DNA of 64,000 nt from Styela clava (GCF_964204865.1 NC_135263.1:4712001-4776000), one strand, 5' to 3'. Positions 1-29,600 are shown, numbered from the stretch's first letter. Numbers and translations: made by a program. The notes: a model not told the origin generated them from the letters alone.

Positions 1-3000
1 GAGAAAAACCTTGATCCATAATGACGGAGTATCAAGAAAGTCAATTTTTGAAAAATGTTACATAGTGCATAGTTTTACAGCGGCAATTTATATTTTTAAA
101 ATGAATTGAACCTTGAAAACAATATCTCGGCCAAGAGTTGAGTCATTATTTTTCACCCAACGTATCAAATGTATGACTAAGTTGAATGCATAAGCAAATG
201 CAACCATGAATCATTGTTTAGTGAAAGTGAATTATTGTTTCTTAAATTGTAAATTCAACCATGAACACGGTCAAAAACATACATATTGGTATACTGTAAG
301 TAATTTATCACATTGCGTTTTAATAATCGTTTTCCTAATGATCGGGGAGACCAAATAGGCGAAGTCTGATAATATTTACAACCGAATTAAGTGTGACTCA
401 GGCTTGAGAAAACATTCGACCACGATTCCCGACCCCAGATTGGAGGTAATTTTGATCCCAACAAATTTTGATGAAAAAACCTTTAGCGAAAGCAAGCCTT
501 GTTTAATGGTCTGTTTTGAGTGTTCTCAGTCAACTTGAAGCTTTTTGAGTTCTAGAAATTTTGAATTTAATTAGCGCCATTATTGACTGTCTTGAGGTTT
601 TGGCTCCAGCTCTGAGAATTTCGGTGAAACAACTTCGGCGAATGCAAACTGCTCTTATAGTCTTATTAAGGAAAACTCCTGGAAAATAATGATGACTATC
701 CTTCACAAAAAACAAAATGTTGGGTGACATGCTCATTTGAACCTATTTCAACCAAAGATAATGAGGCGCTTTTCTATTCATTGTGTAAAAAATAACAACA
801 GACAATTGTGTCACAGAATCGTATCGATGCCACAAGACGTGAGGGATTAAATTTCAGGAGTCAATTAACAGTCAGACACGATTGTTTGATAACAATCAAA
901 AACAACTTGTTACAAAGCAAATTAACACACGAGGGAGCTATTTTTAGTCGATATTCTCCCGATATAAACGCTATTTACAATATCAAATTTCTCAATGATT
1001 TTAATTTAATCTAGACTTAATTTTATATTGCAACAATTTATTTATAATTTTGTATTTGGTTTTGCCAGAGTGTAAGTGCTGTGCTGAGACTGTTATTAAT
1101 AATGGTTAATAATAATAAAATAGGGACTGGTAAAAATCTCAAAATACCCATCATCTATGGAAATGGTTTTTGATATTGGAAATATCAGAAAAAAAAATTT
1201 GCTTAAATCAAGGCCACATGCACTTTCTCATGAATTAAGAAAACTCATCTCTCAGTGAATTTAGGGCCGACCCCTAATGATCTAACAGCTACCGAATCTA
1301 TACAAAGTCAATTGTAATAATGGAGAAGCAGTTTGGAACTGACGTTACTAAATTAGGTTAGTAAAATGTGATGCAACATTTTGAATGCCTTGAACCACCT
1401 ATTATAGCAATTCTGATTCTTGTTACAATATTCTTGCATTCATTACACAGAAAGAGAGAAGGAGTACTATGTCATTATAATAAGCTAAATATCACTATTA
1501 TTTTCACGAAATGATTTTACATATTATGATTATAATAATCAATGAATACTTTGGGGATAATAACATTCAGTTATTGATCAATACAGAGAGAAAAGAGTAG
1601 TACCTCATTTTAATAAACCAAATATTTTTTTTTTCAAAATTAGTTGAAATTTCCATAATATGACCACTATTCGGATACGAAAATGAATGATAATGTTACA
1701 ATAAACAGCTATGAAACTTATTCTTGAAAAAAATAATCAATGAATAATTTGCGGATGAAAACATTCAGTTATTGATCGATACATTTTTAGATTTCCTGCA
1801 AAACTGATACCGAAACTAGAAAAATAGTAAAGTGAAAAAAGTTATTTTTAGAAAAACCTAACATGTGATCGTGGGAATAGTCCAAGCTATAGAAAGACTG
1901 TATGGAATGAAATATACTTTCATGAAAGGTTATAAGTTGCACAAAATCTGTGCCGTCTTTCTGATGCTATAAACAGATATGTTGAAAAGGAATCAAATAT
2001 CAGAATGATGGTGCATCCAAAATTATCACCTGTAATACTTGATAAGTAATGAAAATCAGAACACTTTATACATTTAATAAGAATCATTCTTTTATAGAAA
2101 TACTATAACTTGTGCAAATTTCTTAATTTAATATGGATAAATTTATAACATATTTAATGTTTTATTTCCAAAACAATATTTTATAAATATTCATAATAGC
2201 AAGTAATACAGTATTGACAGTCTCTGGCTAAAAATACCTCATTGAGCAACAAGCAGCATATTGAGTTTTGAAAAATTGGAGAGATCGGCGGGGTGAATTG
2301 ATTTGGAATGAAGTTAAATTCCAAATTAATGCTACTTGAATGTTTATTTGATAATTTGTATGTTCCAATTAATCCATTTGTTTGTATTTTGATCGGAAAC
2401 CCATTATTTATGCAACATTTTACTGAATTTACATTTTAGCAAATAACCACAATTTTGAAGCAATATATCAGTTAGGTTTATTCAATTTCAGCTATTATTT
2501 TGAAATTGCAAAATTACAAAATACCGCTTTTGCTGTGAAAATATAGTTTTTCACAATTAATTGAATTCACAGAAGAATTTACAAAGGTAAGTTGTCATTT
2601 TCCTGAAAACAAATCCATATTATGTATATTATTAAGATTAGGATTGCATAACACCAAATTAAACACCAACATTTAATGTTAGTTTCAATTAATCTAAATG
2701 GGTATATTTTACAACAAAATAAATTTATACGTATGCCTTACTTCTCAGCATAATAAGGATTTCAGTGAGGCGGTGGGATTTTAACCACATATTTTTACCC
2801 TATGGTGCTAACATACCAGCACTTGCATTCTACACTTTAACTACTAGGCCACCATATTGCTGTTTAAATCATAAATCATCAAACTTATATTGAGCAGTCG
2901 AATATTGTATGTCTAATGGAGGCAGATATTGGTCAGACAAAATGATAAAGAAATATATTTGTGTAAGTGTGTAGCAAGAATCGCATAGAATATTATATTG

Positions 3001-3577
3001 TAAAATTGGACTTGAAGCCATAATATATCCATTAATTAGTAATTATAGTTAATAAAACATTGCTTGTTCAGCAAATTCCACAAATAAAGATGTCAAATTC
3101 TTTCAGAACAAAGCAGTTACATCACTAATCGTTTTTTTTTTACAATTAGGATGAGAGAGTATCAATTAGACCAAGAGCGCACATTTTGACCACGCATTGA
3201 ATTAATTTATTAATAGAACAGTATATAATACCAGACTAATAATAAAGTGATCACATTTAGTATTAATGTTGCTAGAGCACAACGTTACATTGATGAAATG
3301 ATGGAGCTCAAAAATATAAATAAGAAAATGAGTTTAAATAATAGGTATGCAAATGAGGTTTACTCGTAAAATAACTTACAAAAAAAAAAAATTTTATCAT
3401 AGGTGACTTGTTTATATTTCAACAAAAAAACATAATTATTCAACAAAAATAAAATTATAAATCATACATATTTTTTCAAATCATAATGAATGGAGGAAAA
3501 AAAATTGTGTAACCAACTTCACAAATATTATTTGTACTTATTCGTACAAGACATGATAAAAACCTCATAAAAAGTCA

Positions 3578-17611
<14,034 letters not shown>

Positions 17612-19899
17612 TTCTCAAAGTACATTCCAGAACGAAGGTTATAATTACCTGCCTAGGTAGCTAGATTGCATTGCTATTAAAGTATGATAATTCACCTAAT
17701 CTATGCTGGAAAAATGAGGAAAACAGTTTCTGGTTTGCACGAACTAAAGTTAAAAGTAGGGCCCTGGATATAAAATACAGTAAGTAAATTAGATTTTCCG
17801 AAATGGATTGTCATAATACCATTTTAGGCATACAAAGCCTAAATTTGATCGAAATGTACTGAATACTTGAAATGACAAAGAGTAGAAATGAAAGTGACAC
17901 ACAATATGACATCCTATAAACTAAGAAATACTTGATGATATTCGTAATACAAAAATATATCAAAATATCTTTTTCTGTCTCTTTGAGTAATTATTATATT
18001 GACAAGAAGACAATTTCCCATTACTTAAAAAAATTGATGAATTAATACAACTCAGGACTCAACCATTCGAAATCAATGAAGCATAGCTCGCCAGAATAAT
18101 ACCATCTTAAATAATGTGTAGCAGAGCTGCATGGTTCCACTTCATTGACTACCACATTAAAATAAGATTCATACCAAACAGACTGGACTACAATAATGAC
18201 AAAAATGACATTTTCCTCTAATCTGCACTTTCAAACTCATTTACTTAGAAGATACAAAACTGTTGCTTTTTATATCATGTGAAATATTCTAACTTATTCT
18301 TAGTAATACTAATACGTAGACTAATGTTTATTCCAATTTTTCTTCTGGGCCAATCGTTTCTAGATAATCGATTCTTAATCATTAAGCAACAAGTCTAGAA
18401 AATATCTCTAGAGACAAATTAGAAGGGAATAGATGCATCAATAAAAACCTTGCTCAGCTGAAAACGACCTAAGGGAACTGAATGCAATTTGGTAATTTCT
18501 CCGAGATGATTAAACCATACTATTAAATAGTAATTTAAACTGTAAGTGTTATTGAATACTACATTTATTAAACGTTTAAGAATATTAAAATTCAGTTGAA
18601 ATGGAATATATTGGGTCATACTCATACCCCTAGGATTTGGTATGAAAAATCGTGAAAAATGAATATAATTTGAAAAGTTCCTTTAAGAAATAGAATAAAC
18701 TAAAGTATCAGTTGTAAATGTTGCAAGTGTTTCAAATTTCTAGTTGCAATACTCTATGAATAACCCACAATAGATATTTTCACTCTTGTTTCAGCATACA
18801 TGGATAATACAGATTGACCGCCTCTAGGGCATAGAAAAAGGATAATTAGTTGAATTAAAAAAAAACGATTATCAGCATAAAATATTGTTTGAACCCGCCA
18901 ACCTGAGCAAGCGCGCACCTAATGCTACTATCTAATAGAAACCAGATAAAACTTCTTTGCACACAACACAGTTCCAGAAAATCTATTTTCTTCCATGCGT
19001 AAGTTACAAATGCATTGTATTGAAATCTAAACTTTGTAGCGTAATTACCCTCTTAACAAGAATACTTTGCGGTTTAAATTGATTTATATGCATAACTGAA
19101 CAACAAAAGTCTATCATGTTACTTCACATTACGTTCACTCCAATGCTTATGAGCTATTGATTATAGATCAAGTATTTGAAAGGTGAGACAGTTGACGAGA
19201 CTTGAAGTGCGCATTCTAGGATATTTATTTATTTTTTATTATTTATATGAGTTAAGTTTATTTCGGCTCCATAATCAGCATAACAAATGATAAGATAATT
19301 AATTGATAACTGATTATAAAACCAGGATAGCAAACAAAACCTTAGGTAATGTTCAAAGCGTACAAAATATAAGTTGAAAGGTTTTGCCAAAGACAAGCGG
19401 AATTGATTTTTAAATTTATTTTAAAAGTCAGAATGATTAATTCAAAATAAATAAAAATATTGCAAAAAGATTTAATATAGACATTTTGTAATATATGGAT
19501 ATTGATCTAAAAATCAATTTAGGCCATTAATCATGTAATCCTAAAAAAATGCTTAAATGGCTTCAATTAGACTACATTGGAAAGAACTAAGCGGTATCTT
19601 TTCAATGATAAAAACTGCCTAGGACGCAATCCTTTTAGTCTAAGACCTGAAAACGAAATGCAATATCTGAATATTAGGCAATATCTTTTGGGATACAGAA
19701 ATAGATTTAAGGTTAATTAAGACTAACAAAATTGTTATAAATAATATTATTTATATAATTATTTATAAATTTTTATTTTCTGTCTTTGTTATCTTCTCAA
19801 GTTGATTAGACCTAAGGTTTGAATACAAATTTTTTTAAAGTGCCGTCATCGTCTTAATGATTCACAATTTCGTTAATAAATTCTGCGATCTCAAGTCCA

Positions 19900-20697
19900 A
19901 TTTGGTTTTCAAATCCACTAAACCAGTGAACACTCAAGCTTAGCACTGCGAGCATAGCATTCTGATGAATTGCAATATAAACTTCTCAACCCTAATTTAA
20001 AATCTAGTAACGAAAACGTGTTCTCTAAAAATTATATAACTTTCAAAAACAGGTCGTGACGAGATGCACCAAGCCATCGACCAAGCCGCTAGCAAACAGA
20101 TTAGCAAGTGCGGCGTTGCAAAGCGAGCAACTCTCACGAAATGAGAACGAAGAGACAAAATTTTGGCATAAACCACATCCGCGAGATGACGCCCATGGGT
20201 ATTTATGAAAGAGCCATAAAATTTGTTTTGTGGTGCAAAATTTTAAAACTATTTAAACCCATTTTTTTAACTTTCTAGTTATCGAAAAAAATGAAGTATT
20301 GCGAAAACTGTACAATTAGAACGTAAAAATTTGTAAAAAATCTGTTAAAAGTAAAACTAATTGTCGGACAAAAGATACGCATCGGTGGTCATAATTGTAG
20401 CATGTAATTTTGATAGTTGTCAGATATACAGAAATTTAAATTTTTTAAATTTGCAATTAAGTAACAAATCCCCAACAGACTTGCATAAAATTGATGTTTC
20501 CATAATTGTATTTTTTTTTTTTTAATTTTGGAAACTTATCAAAAATTTATAATGTTACTTTTAGTAAAAATTTTGCAAGGATGTCAAATGTGATTTACTC
20601 CAATCTGGTAACCCTTCCCTAAATCGACAAAGTTTTAATATCTGTCTTGCTAAATTTCGCCGTTTTTTCGTCATTTTGTGATTCAATTTTACACAAA
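19900..20697. promoter_or_regulatory. Probable bidirectional promoter region between PPP1R16 (-) and RRS1 (+)
   Basis: Head-to-head start codons at 17611 and 20698; local CpG/GC-enriched patch at ~20050-20200. Positional inference only. Confidence 0.4.
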
Positions 20698-23600
20698 ATG
20701 GAGGAAGTTGCTGCGGATGCGTCACAACTATTAAAAAATATAACTGAAGAGGAGAAAGAAAAATTAAAATCTATCACTGTTGAGAAAGATATTGACCTCG
20801 AATTCGACCTGGGAAATCTTATTGCAACGGACTCCAATTTACTGGATTCACAAGCTTTCAAGTAAGATACATCTAATATTATACTGCTGTATTAGTGAAC
20901 AAGTTTTAAAGTAAACAGTATATGGAAGAACAATTTTGTTTCTTTACTTTTTTTGCTGTTGATTCTCAATACCAGATTTTTCTTGTACTGGTATAATCAA
21001 GTTATATTAAACTTATACTTACAAATAACTGATAAACTACATACCTATCTATTTAAGTATACGTTTATTTCGACTCCATAATCAGCATAACAATAAAATG
21101 ATTGGTAAAAAAAATGATGATTATGAAATCAGGAGAGCAAACAAAACCTTAGATAAGGTTTAAAACGTACAGAATGTATACAAGATGGAAGGTTTTGCCA
21201 AGAAAAAGTGGTACGTGTTCACTTACCTAAAATAATGGGAATATTTCACACACGCTCACACGCACCCACACTCACAACCATACAGAAGTTATAAATTACA
21301 TACGGGTAATTTAAAAAAATAAATAAAAATTACTTGCCACACCATATTAATAAATTTATAACGTTTGCCACTGCCGAATTGATAGATTTTATAAATGGGA
21401 GTGAACAGTAGAGATGAACTTTTATGAAAAATGTATTGCCAAGCAGATTATAGTTATGGAATTACTCAATCTCATTCCAGGAATTTACTGTCTAAGTTGC
21501 ACGTTTTTCTCTTTTTGAGGATAGTTGCATTTTTATACCATTTGCTAGCTCAGTAACTTGTCAAATTTGCATCATGAATTGATCTTTTGTACAATAAACA
21601 AAATGGAATCGTCAGCATAATAAATCTCGCAAAATGACCTTGGGTCTAGTGTAGTTTAGTGCCTCTTTAGTACTTCTAGTGGACGTGGAATAACTATTTT
21701 TGCATATTTTATTCCCAACACTACCCGACGACAAAGCTTTCTCGGTTTAGGGTAAGCATCTACACGGTGGGAATAACTGTTCGTGTATTTTTCCGTGTCT
21801 TAACGTGTTACAGTGAAGTCATCATGGTGACATAATTTTTGGATGACGTAGTCAAATGGGGGGTAGGAATTACATATGCAAAAATTGTTGAACTAATCCC
21901 TTGTACTATACCAGACCCACCTGCTCAACTTAATTAAAATAAATTGGTTTAGAATGCTATTTGGCTCTAAACAACCCCAGCATCATTTTCATATAAAATT
22001 TTTGAGCCATGTTTACAAGCCGCCACTTTTTAGTGTTTCCCAATTCTAATCAGCTCCCTTGGCACTGGTCCTTTGCATAATCGCACATTCCGTTCGCATC
22101 AACTGGCCATATAAGGGAACGGTGTTTACTGAATGTGTGCCTAGTTTTTGTAGTCATACAAATTATCAGTTTTCAATCATTTTTTTCAGGCAAAATTCAG
22201 AAGACTACATCAAGAAACTAACAAGAGACAACACACAATTGCTATTTAATGAAATATGGAAAGTGAGAAAGTTGTTTTTGTTTTAATATTTGCAACAGAG
22301 AATTGGCAATACTAAATAATTATTATACTTGAATGATTTTGAATTGGGTAATCAAGTCCATGCATCCGAAAACGAATAACTGACTAACTAAACTATTCCC
22401 ATACCCGACATGGACTGGTAACCGGACGGAAGGGTGTGGTTCACCATATGATTAAGCTGTGTTATAAATATATAAATCCTCCCCTATCCTATTGATTTTA
22501 TTGAGAAAAGAAATCACTGTTGTGGAGTCTGGTCCTGGTGATATAAAATCGGACTCTTAGTAATGTGATTTGGGTTCTGACATATCAGAATTTGATTCTT
22601 TTATGGTCATCTTTAATCTGTAGTGTAAAAAGTTTCAATCTCGTCTTTTAACCTGAATATCAATGAAGGATAAATGGCAACATTAGTGCTTCATTGATAA
22701 TGTTGTAAAATTAATAATTGCTATTTTTGTTTTACAGTTACCAGTTGAACGAGTACAAGAAGCCATAGTTGCCAAGGTATAATGTAAAAAATAATTATTT
22801 GTTATGGGCATTCCCGTAGCATGTGTACCAGGTTAGGGTTAGGCCATAATTTTATTCTGATTTTTCTTATTTTAGTTCTTTTACGAGTTCAGGACTGTCC
22901 GTGTGAGACAAGTAGATATACCCCCTGCCCATAGGTTTCAGTCCCTTTACACAACTTGATGTAAAGTAGGCAAACAAAATTAGTTACCTCCATATTGGTA
23001 CACACACTTCTAGATGCACTATACTCTCATGATTAATTTAAATCTAACCTTGAGTTTACAATCTTGTTTGAAAATCAAATGAGACGTTTTGCTCAGAACA
23101 GGGCTGTAAACAGGTTGCAATTCAAACTCAGATCAATTGAATTTTGATTATGTTTGCATAAGGATCAGTGGTGAGCTGCAGCCGAAACGCACCGGTAGGC
23201 TACCTAGTTTTGGTTGTTAAACATTTAATGGCATTTGCGCTCCTGTTGTTGGAATAAAATTATGTCATGGGGAGTCCCGTTTAACTTAGTTAATAACTGT
23301 ACGGTTTGTTACGGTCATAGTACGTTTTCACAAGTTAGGTACATACTGGTTGTTACAATTTTTCCATCTCATCACTGATAAGGATGCCAATATCAGTTAT
23401 GGCTATTAGTCATTTGTATTAATAAAGCCATTGTCCGCTTGTCAATGATCATTTTGTATGTAAAAACTTCTGCTTTGTAGAGTTTCCACTTAGTTATTTT
23501 TCTGACAGGGATAACTTGAATTGTTTCAAGTTTTTTCAACTGTCATCTATTAATAATTGCAGAGATAACCTTGTATAAAGCTCTTAAAACTTCTTTTTAG

Positions 23601-26600
23601 CACACTTTATACTAGAGCAGGAGTGTGCAACAGGCAGCCCGTGGGCCACAACCCGGGCCGCCAAGCCTCTTTGTGTGGCCCATGTCAACACTCAGATTTT
23701 CCCCCTTCAAGCATGAATTTCTTATACGACGTTTTATTTTTTGAAAAGTCGCTCACATGGACAAAAATACATAATTTTTTTTTTCTGCGTTAGATCTTTC
23801 GCCATTTTGCCTGGTACTTTTATTACTGTAAGGCTGAGCGATAGCCGCATGCTCTTCTCATTGTGTGGCCTGGCTAGATGATGAAGTTGGTAATATGGCC
23901 CACTAACAAAAAATGTTGCAATGTTGCACACCCTTGGATCAGGGCTGGGGAGCTGGTTCGAAATCATGATGACTCCGGCTCCAGCTCCGGAGTCGCAGTC
24001 TATTCAAACTTTAGCTCCAACTCCGGCTCCGGAGCTTCATTTTTTTTTTGCCGGAGCTGGCTCCAGCTCCGGCTCCATAGCCATTATCAGTAGTGCAGCC
24101 CAATAACGCATTTTGCTAATTGTTTTCTAAGTGTGACATGTTATTTAGGCTGTAAACACCCTTCAAGTCGGTGTCATGATAATTCCTTTTTGTTCCTGCA
24201 TGTAACTTGTGAATCCACTGAGAGTTATTATATGCTGTATTTCCGGGCGAATCGGTCTACCCAGCATAGAAGGGTTTTACATATAACCCCACAATAAGAC
24301 GGGAAGGAAAATCGGCTTCTGGAATGGTCGCAGCGTTTGCGAATTCGGAAAAATAGCTCATAATGACTTTTTCTACCACATAATATTTAACCCATAATTA
24401 CTGTCTTTTTATTTTAATTTAATTGTTTTCAACATAACTGGCAATCATGCCGGCCAAATAAAATCTGTCGTGGGCCATTCTAAAGCAAAACTTATGGTGT
24501 TTTCTGTTTTATTTTTAGTATTTTATAATGTGCTTTTTAATCAGGAAAATTTGGTTTGCGTATTGACTTCTTTATTTATCTTAGAATTTCATCACCGATG
24601 ATTATGTAATAACTCGTGTTCTCACAAATATGGTGCGCGACACAAAACATATGTCTCGAGAAATTGTGATTAAGGGAAAAATAAACACTGAAATAAAAGA
24701 TGTTATGGCCTAATGTTTATGGCGACTAAAACAATTGACGCTTTTCACGAAATGCAACGCACATGTGATAGTAACGACAATAGCCCTTCAACTCATGATA
24801 ATTTAAACTGGCCTGACGGGGAGGCAGTATTTTATGGTCCAAATTGAATAAGCAGACCCAAAATAATGGAAATTACCATCGTCACCCAATTAGATGCCGT
24901 CCCCCTCTCCCAAATCAGGCCAAAAGTTGGTTCTAGAATCGAGGCGTTTTCATAATTATCATCAATGAGATGTTAAAGATAAATTTGCAAAAATCAATTC
25001 GCAAGCCGAATTTCCACATTGGAGAGTTATTATAAGATACTAAAATGAAACGGAAAACAGAAAAACACTATAAACTTTGTTCTAGGAGACTCCCAACAGC
25101 TAAAAAAAATGCCTTGTTAATCTCATTATTTTTTTTGCCTACGACATATTATTTACCGGTTGACTTATACAGTCACCATACAGTCAATAAATCTAAACGC
25201 AATCGATCTTACTCGCGATATACTTTTTATATATTCAAAAAATAACAACGGAAATTGATGAGACCTTTCTCCAGAACATGCTATGTTATGGATCAAAACA
25301 AGATATAATGGGGCACTTTGCCATACATTTTTATGCCAGGTGACTGCTGCGGAGCATTTTAGAGTAGTTAAACCTTTCTTTTGTCGTAAAACGACTCAAT
25401 CTCGAGATACGTTGAACAGAATTGAAGACATTTGAAATGGATTGGATATTCAACGCCACGAAAAAATCATAATATGTTACATGGAAATTCCAAAATCACT
25501 ACTTCGAAAATCCCTGGCCATTAGGGTTTTTGAGCTTGACCGCAATCATGAAAAATTGCAGCTTAGTGGAAATGAGAATCAAAATTTTGATAAAAGTGAA
25601 CCGCTTCAAGTTTTGATACTAAACTTTCAAACATACAGAATAACTGGAAACTTTTTGAAAAATATTAAGAACTAAAATTTTTAAAATGAATTATAAGCTG
25701 AAAAGAAAAGATTTTATCATTTGTAACGCTATCAGAAAAAAATTATAAATTTGGAAACCAAAAAATGAGATATTTAGGAGCTGGAGCCACTAAATTTTTG
25801 GTAGCTCCAGCTCCGGCTCCAGCTCCATCTGTTATGAAAAGCTTGGCTCCAACTCCGGCTCCATCAAAATGTAACGGCTCCATGGCTCCAGGCTCCGACT
25901 CCAGCTCCGGCTCCCCAGCCCTGCCTTGGATAAGAGACTTTGCCTTGAGCAAACTAGCCACCCTTTCATCAATAATAATGTTCCTACTTATTGTTGTTGT
26001 ACTTTGAGAGCTAATCTTCTGTAAAAAAACTGAATTTTTTTCATCATTATCAAGTATAATCAAGTTTTATTGAGTGTTTATATTGTTTTTTTCAGTTGCC
26101 TGATTGTACAACGGTATTACCAAGAGAAAAGAAGGTAAAATATTAACGAATGTTTACAATTTAATAAAGTGGCAATTTCATATTTTATTTCTTTTCTAAT
26201 ATTTACTTCTTATTTTTAGATTCCAAAACCAAAACCTCTGACTAAATGGCAACAGTATGCGCAGTTGAAGGTAAATAATTATAGTTTATGCAACACAGTT
26301 GTAGAAAGAATTCTTTATGCTTCCAGACCATAGGTTCTCAAAGTGCCCCATATTGAGTCCGCGGGAGAAACCTAGGGGCTCTGTGAGCTATTTGTTTACT
26401 CCTTAGAATACTGACTTGGCTAATTTTGTAACTGTCCAAGAAAAGCAATAAATACATCTGAGTCATTAAAAAAGTGATTTTAATTTACCCAGGAACATTA
26501 ATTGGTGTGTAACAAACTAACAATGTGTTTTTTGGTTTTTATTTTATAAATTCATTGTGAAGCTCTGTGAATAATATCTCTTCACGGGCTTCATAACACC

Positions 26601-29600
26601 AAAAGTTTGAGAACCCCTGCTTCAGACTATGACCTGGTATTGGGTGAATATTATAAAAATATAAAAACAGAAAACAATTACCGGTAATTTATTTAGGCCA
26701 TAGAAAAACTTGATAATATACTATTCTGTTACTTTATAAAGTATTTTCAAAACTGGTATATGAAATACACTCATATTTGAATAAGATATTTTTCTTTGTT
26801 TACATGTAATTAATGAATAGGTAATATTGAGTTTAATTTAAAAACAATAATATTTATTATGTTTCAATTAACAGGGAATTCAAAATAGGAAAAGAGGTGC
26901 AATGGTTTGGGATGAAACCGCCAAAGTAAGTTATTTATGTAAGCTGTAAGATCATAATAGTTTTGGATAAATTATTAGTAAACCTTACTCACATGGTCAT
27001 GGATAAAACTTCTAGTTTCAAAACTGTAGCCTATATGATTTACATATTTATCCTGGGAGAGAGAGTCTATAAGACGGCTTAATCATATGATGTACCACGG
27101 CTTCTCATCTAGTTACCAGTCTATGTCAGATTGAGGGATTAGTTAGCCAGCACTTTGTTTACGGAAGCATGGACTTGATGGTGGAGGAAGCTGTAACCGA
27201 CCAGCGGTTACATGAACCGTCCTACGGTGGTGAGGTGTCCAGCAATCCTCTCGCACATTACTATCCTCATATGGAACCCATGCAGGCAGAGGTGCGGTGG
27301 CAAGCGTCTTCCTAATGCTTAGCACATTGCACCACACTGCCGGGCACTCTCTCATCTTATTCTGGCTGATATTGCTTACTTCAACTGGGGTTTACATTAG
27401 CAAGACAACTTGTTACCCATACAATATAAAATCGTGTAAGTTTTGTCCATCTCTAAGCTTCGTCTAATCTGTTTATAATAGTTGGTCTTTGTTTTAGCTA
27501 CAGCCGTAATGGAAGAGATTGGTCAAGTTTTAACAAATCGTTACAGTTGGCCATTCAAAGTCTGGCTTTGCTATATCTTCTGCTAGTATTAAGTCTTAAG
27601 AGTGAAGGTATGAACTGAAAAAAAATAGAATAAATTTTTTTCCACAGGATTGGAAACCAAGATTTGGTTACAAGAGAGCAAATGATGAATCAAAGGAATG
27701 GGTTCTCGAAGTTCCAAGTAACGCAGGTGAGAATAAAACTAGAAAACCTTTGAATGTTCGGTATTCCCGAACGATTCCTGTAATAATGCTTTTATCCTGT
27801 TTATTATTCATGCTGATTGTAAAGTTGCGATTTGCTTTGGTAAATGATACTTGATACTTAAATGATACTAAGGGATACTGAAAATGTTTCACATATGGAA
27901 AACCATGGCCTCTAAGACATTTATCAGTTAGATGATCGAAATGGTGCCATTTTACACTTCAAATCAAGAATATAGTTGTACACTATCGTACACCATGTTT
28001 CGGTGACTTTGCATCAGACCGAAGTAAGATGTCTTCAGAAAACCATATTTGAACAGCGAATAGCAGTCATATAAAAATGGTAATCGCAAGATGAATTTGT
28101 TCGCAAAAGGGGAAAATGAGTTATTTACTTAATAACAATTGTGAAGCCAAGGTGCAAACTCATCACTGAAGATCCATCCCCCCGTGTAACGCCAACTTAC
28201 AGTTAATCGAAACTTTATTTCTTCGGCACTCTAGATCCATATGAAGATCAGTTTGAAAAGAGATCAAAAGCAAAGAAAGAGAGGGTTGCAAAGAATGAAC
28301 TACAAAGATTGCGTAATATTGCTAAGAGAACAGGAAGACCAATGCCTGGTGCTGGAGCAGTCACAGGCAAAAAACAGTCTACCAAAGAGGTGGGGTATCT
28401 TTTTTGCCACCTGGGTTGTGGAGTTCAAACTCCTGACTGACGATTATTTGGTCTGGCTTCTTTGAGGAAACCACGTTTTGAAAGAAAAACTGTGGCTTTG
28501 AATGCTCGTTTGTTGAGAATAGACTTGATGGTGTTTCAGTTTCTATAGAGAATTATAATTTTAATTAGTACCATTAGAAGTCAAAAACCTGATATCTCTG
28601 ACTACATTAAATTTAAATTCTTTTTTGTCTTGGATGTATGGCTCTAGCCTTAATATCATTAAAAATATGTTAAACCAGTGGTTCCAATCATTTATGGCTT
28701 GTGGCCCTCTTCTGCGGGCTTTTAGCACACCTGGCCTGCCTGTTTATCAATTCACTGGAATTTATAATGGTGTTTTTATTGGTAGATTTCATATCCCATT
28801 ATGTTCAAACAATTCATACTTAACAATTTGAGAACAGCTTGTGAAATAACCTTATAAAGTAATGAAACTAGGAAGGTCGTGGAGTTTTTTTGTAAAGTGA
28901 AAAGTAAAATCAGTTTTGCGCCTCGAACTTGGAAAAGCTGTGCTAAACAGTCAAATTTGGTTTCATAGTCCTTATTGCCACAGATAAGTAAAGTGGTCCA
29001 TATTCAAATAGTTTATATCCTAGAATTTTCTGTCGGAATGCATTACCATTTTGAATATTAAATATATTTATTTCTCAGAAACTTATTTGCCAGAACTCCA
29101 CCAGGATATCTTACTTGAACCATGATTTGCAAAAATAGAGAAAATCTTTGAAATTATTTGAATTGCATTAATTGCATTGAAATGAGTATTTCAATTATTT
29201 GGACAGTCTGAGTATGCTGCGGAAGGTTATTGTGAACAAATATTTTGTTTTTTAGCTTGAATCTCAATTTCATGTTGCTAAAAGATCAACAGCTTCTTTG
29301 GGAAGATTTGAAGATAAAATAGTAAGTATATACATATTCTTTATATTTAGTATAATCAAGCAAAAGTATTGTATTGACTGCGACGAGAGAGACTGCACAC
29401 TGAATTATAAATTTAAGTCAAAACGGGAAAAAAAATAATACAGTAATTGGTCGTTAATAAGATTTCTGTATTTGTCATGGGAGAAAAAAAAATGATAAAG
29501 CGGCCTAATCATATGGAAGACCGTGGGTCACCCCTGGTCAGGGGTCCATGTCGCAGTCACATATAGTAGTAGTTAACCAAATGCCTGTTTCAGATGCATG

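Noticed and set aside
330-960. GC-richer segment with short ORFs, possibly a transposon relic
   Set aside because: No TIR, TSD or recognisable protein motif found.
1920-2030. Possible sixth PPP1R16 exon (acceptor at ~2030, frame open to TGA)
   Set aside because: The translation has no similarity to the expected continuation; the true exon probably lies beyond the window start.
25743-26063. GAGAGA/PAPAP-rich ORFs here and at 23878-24106
   Set aside because: Translations of the GGCTCC subterminal arrays of a DNA transposon.
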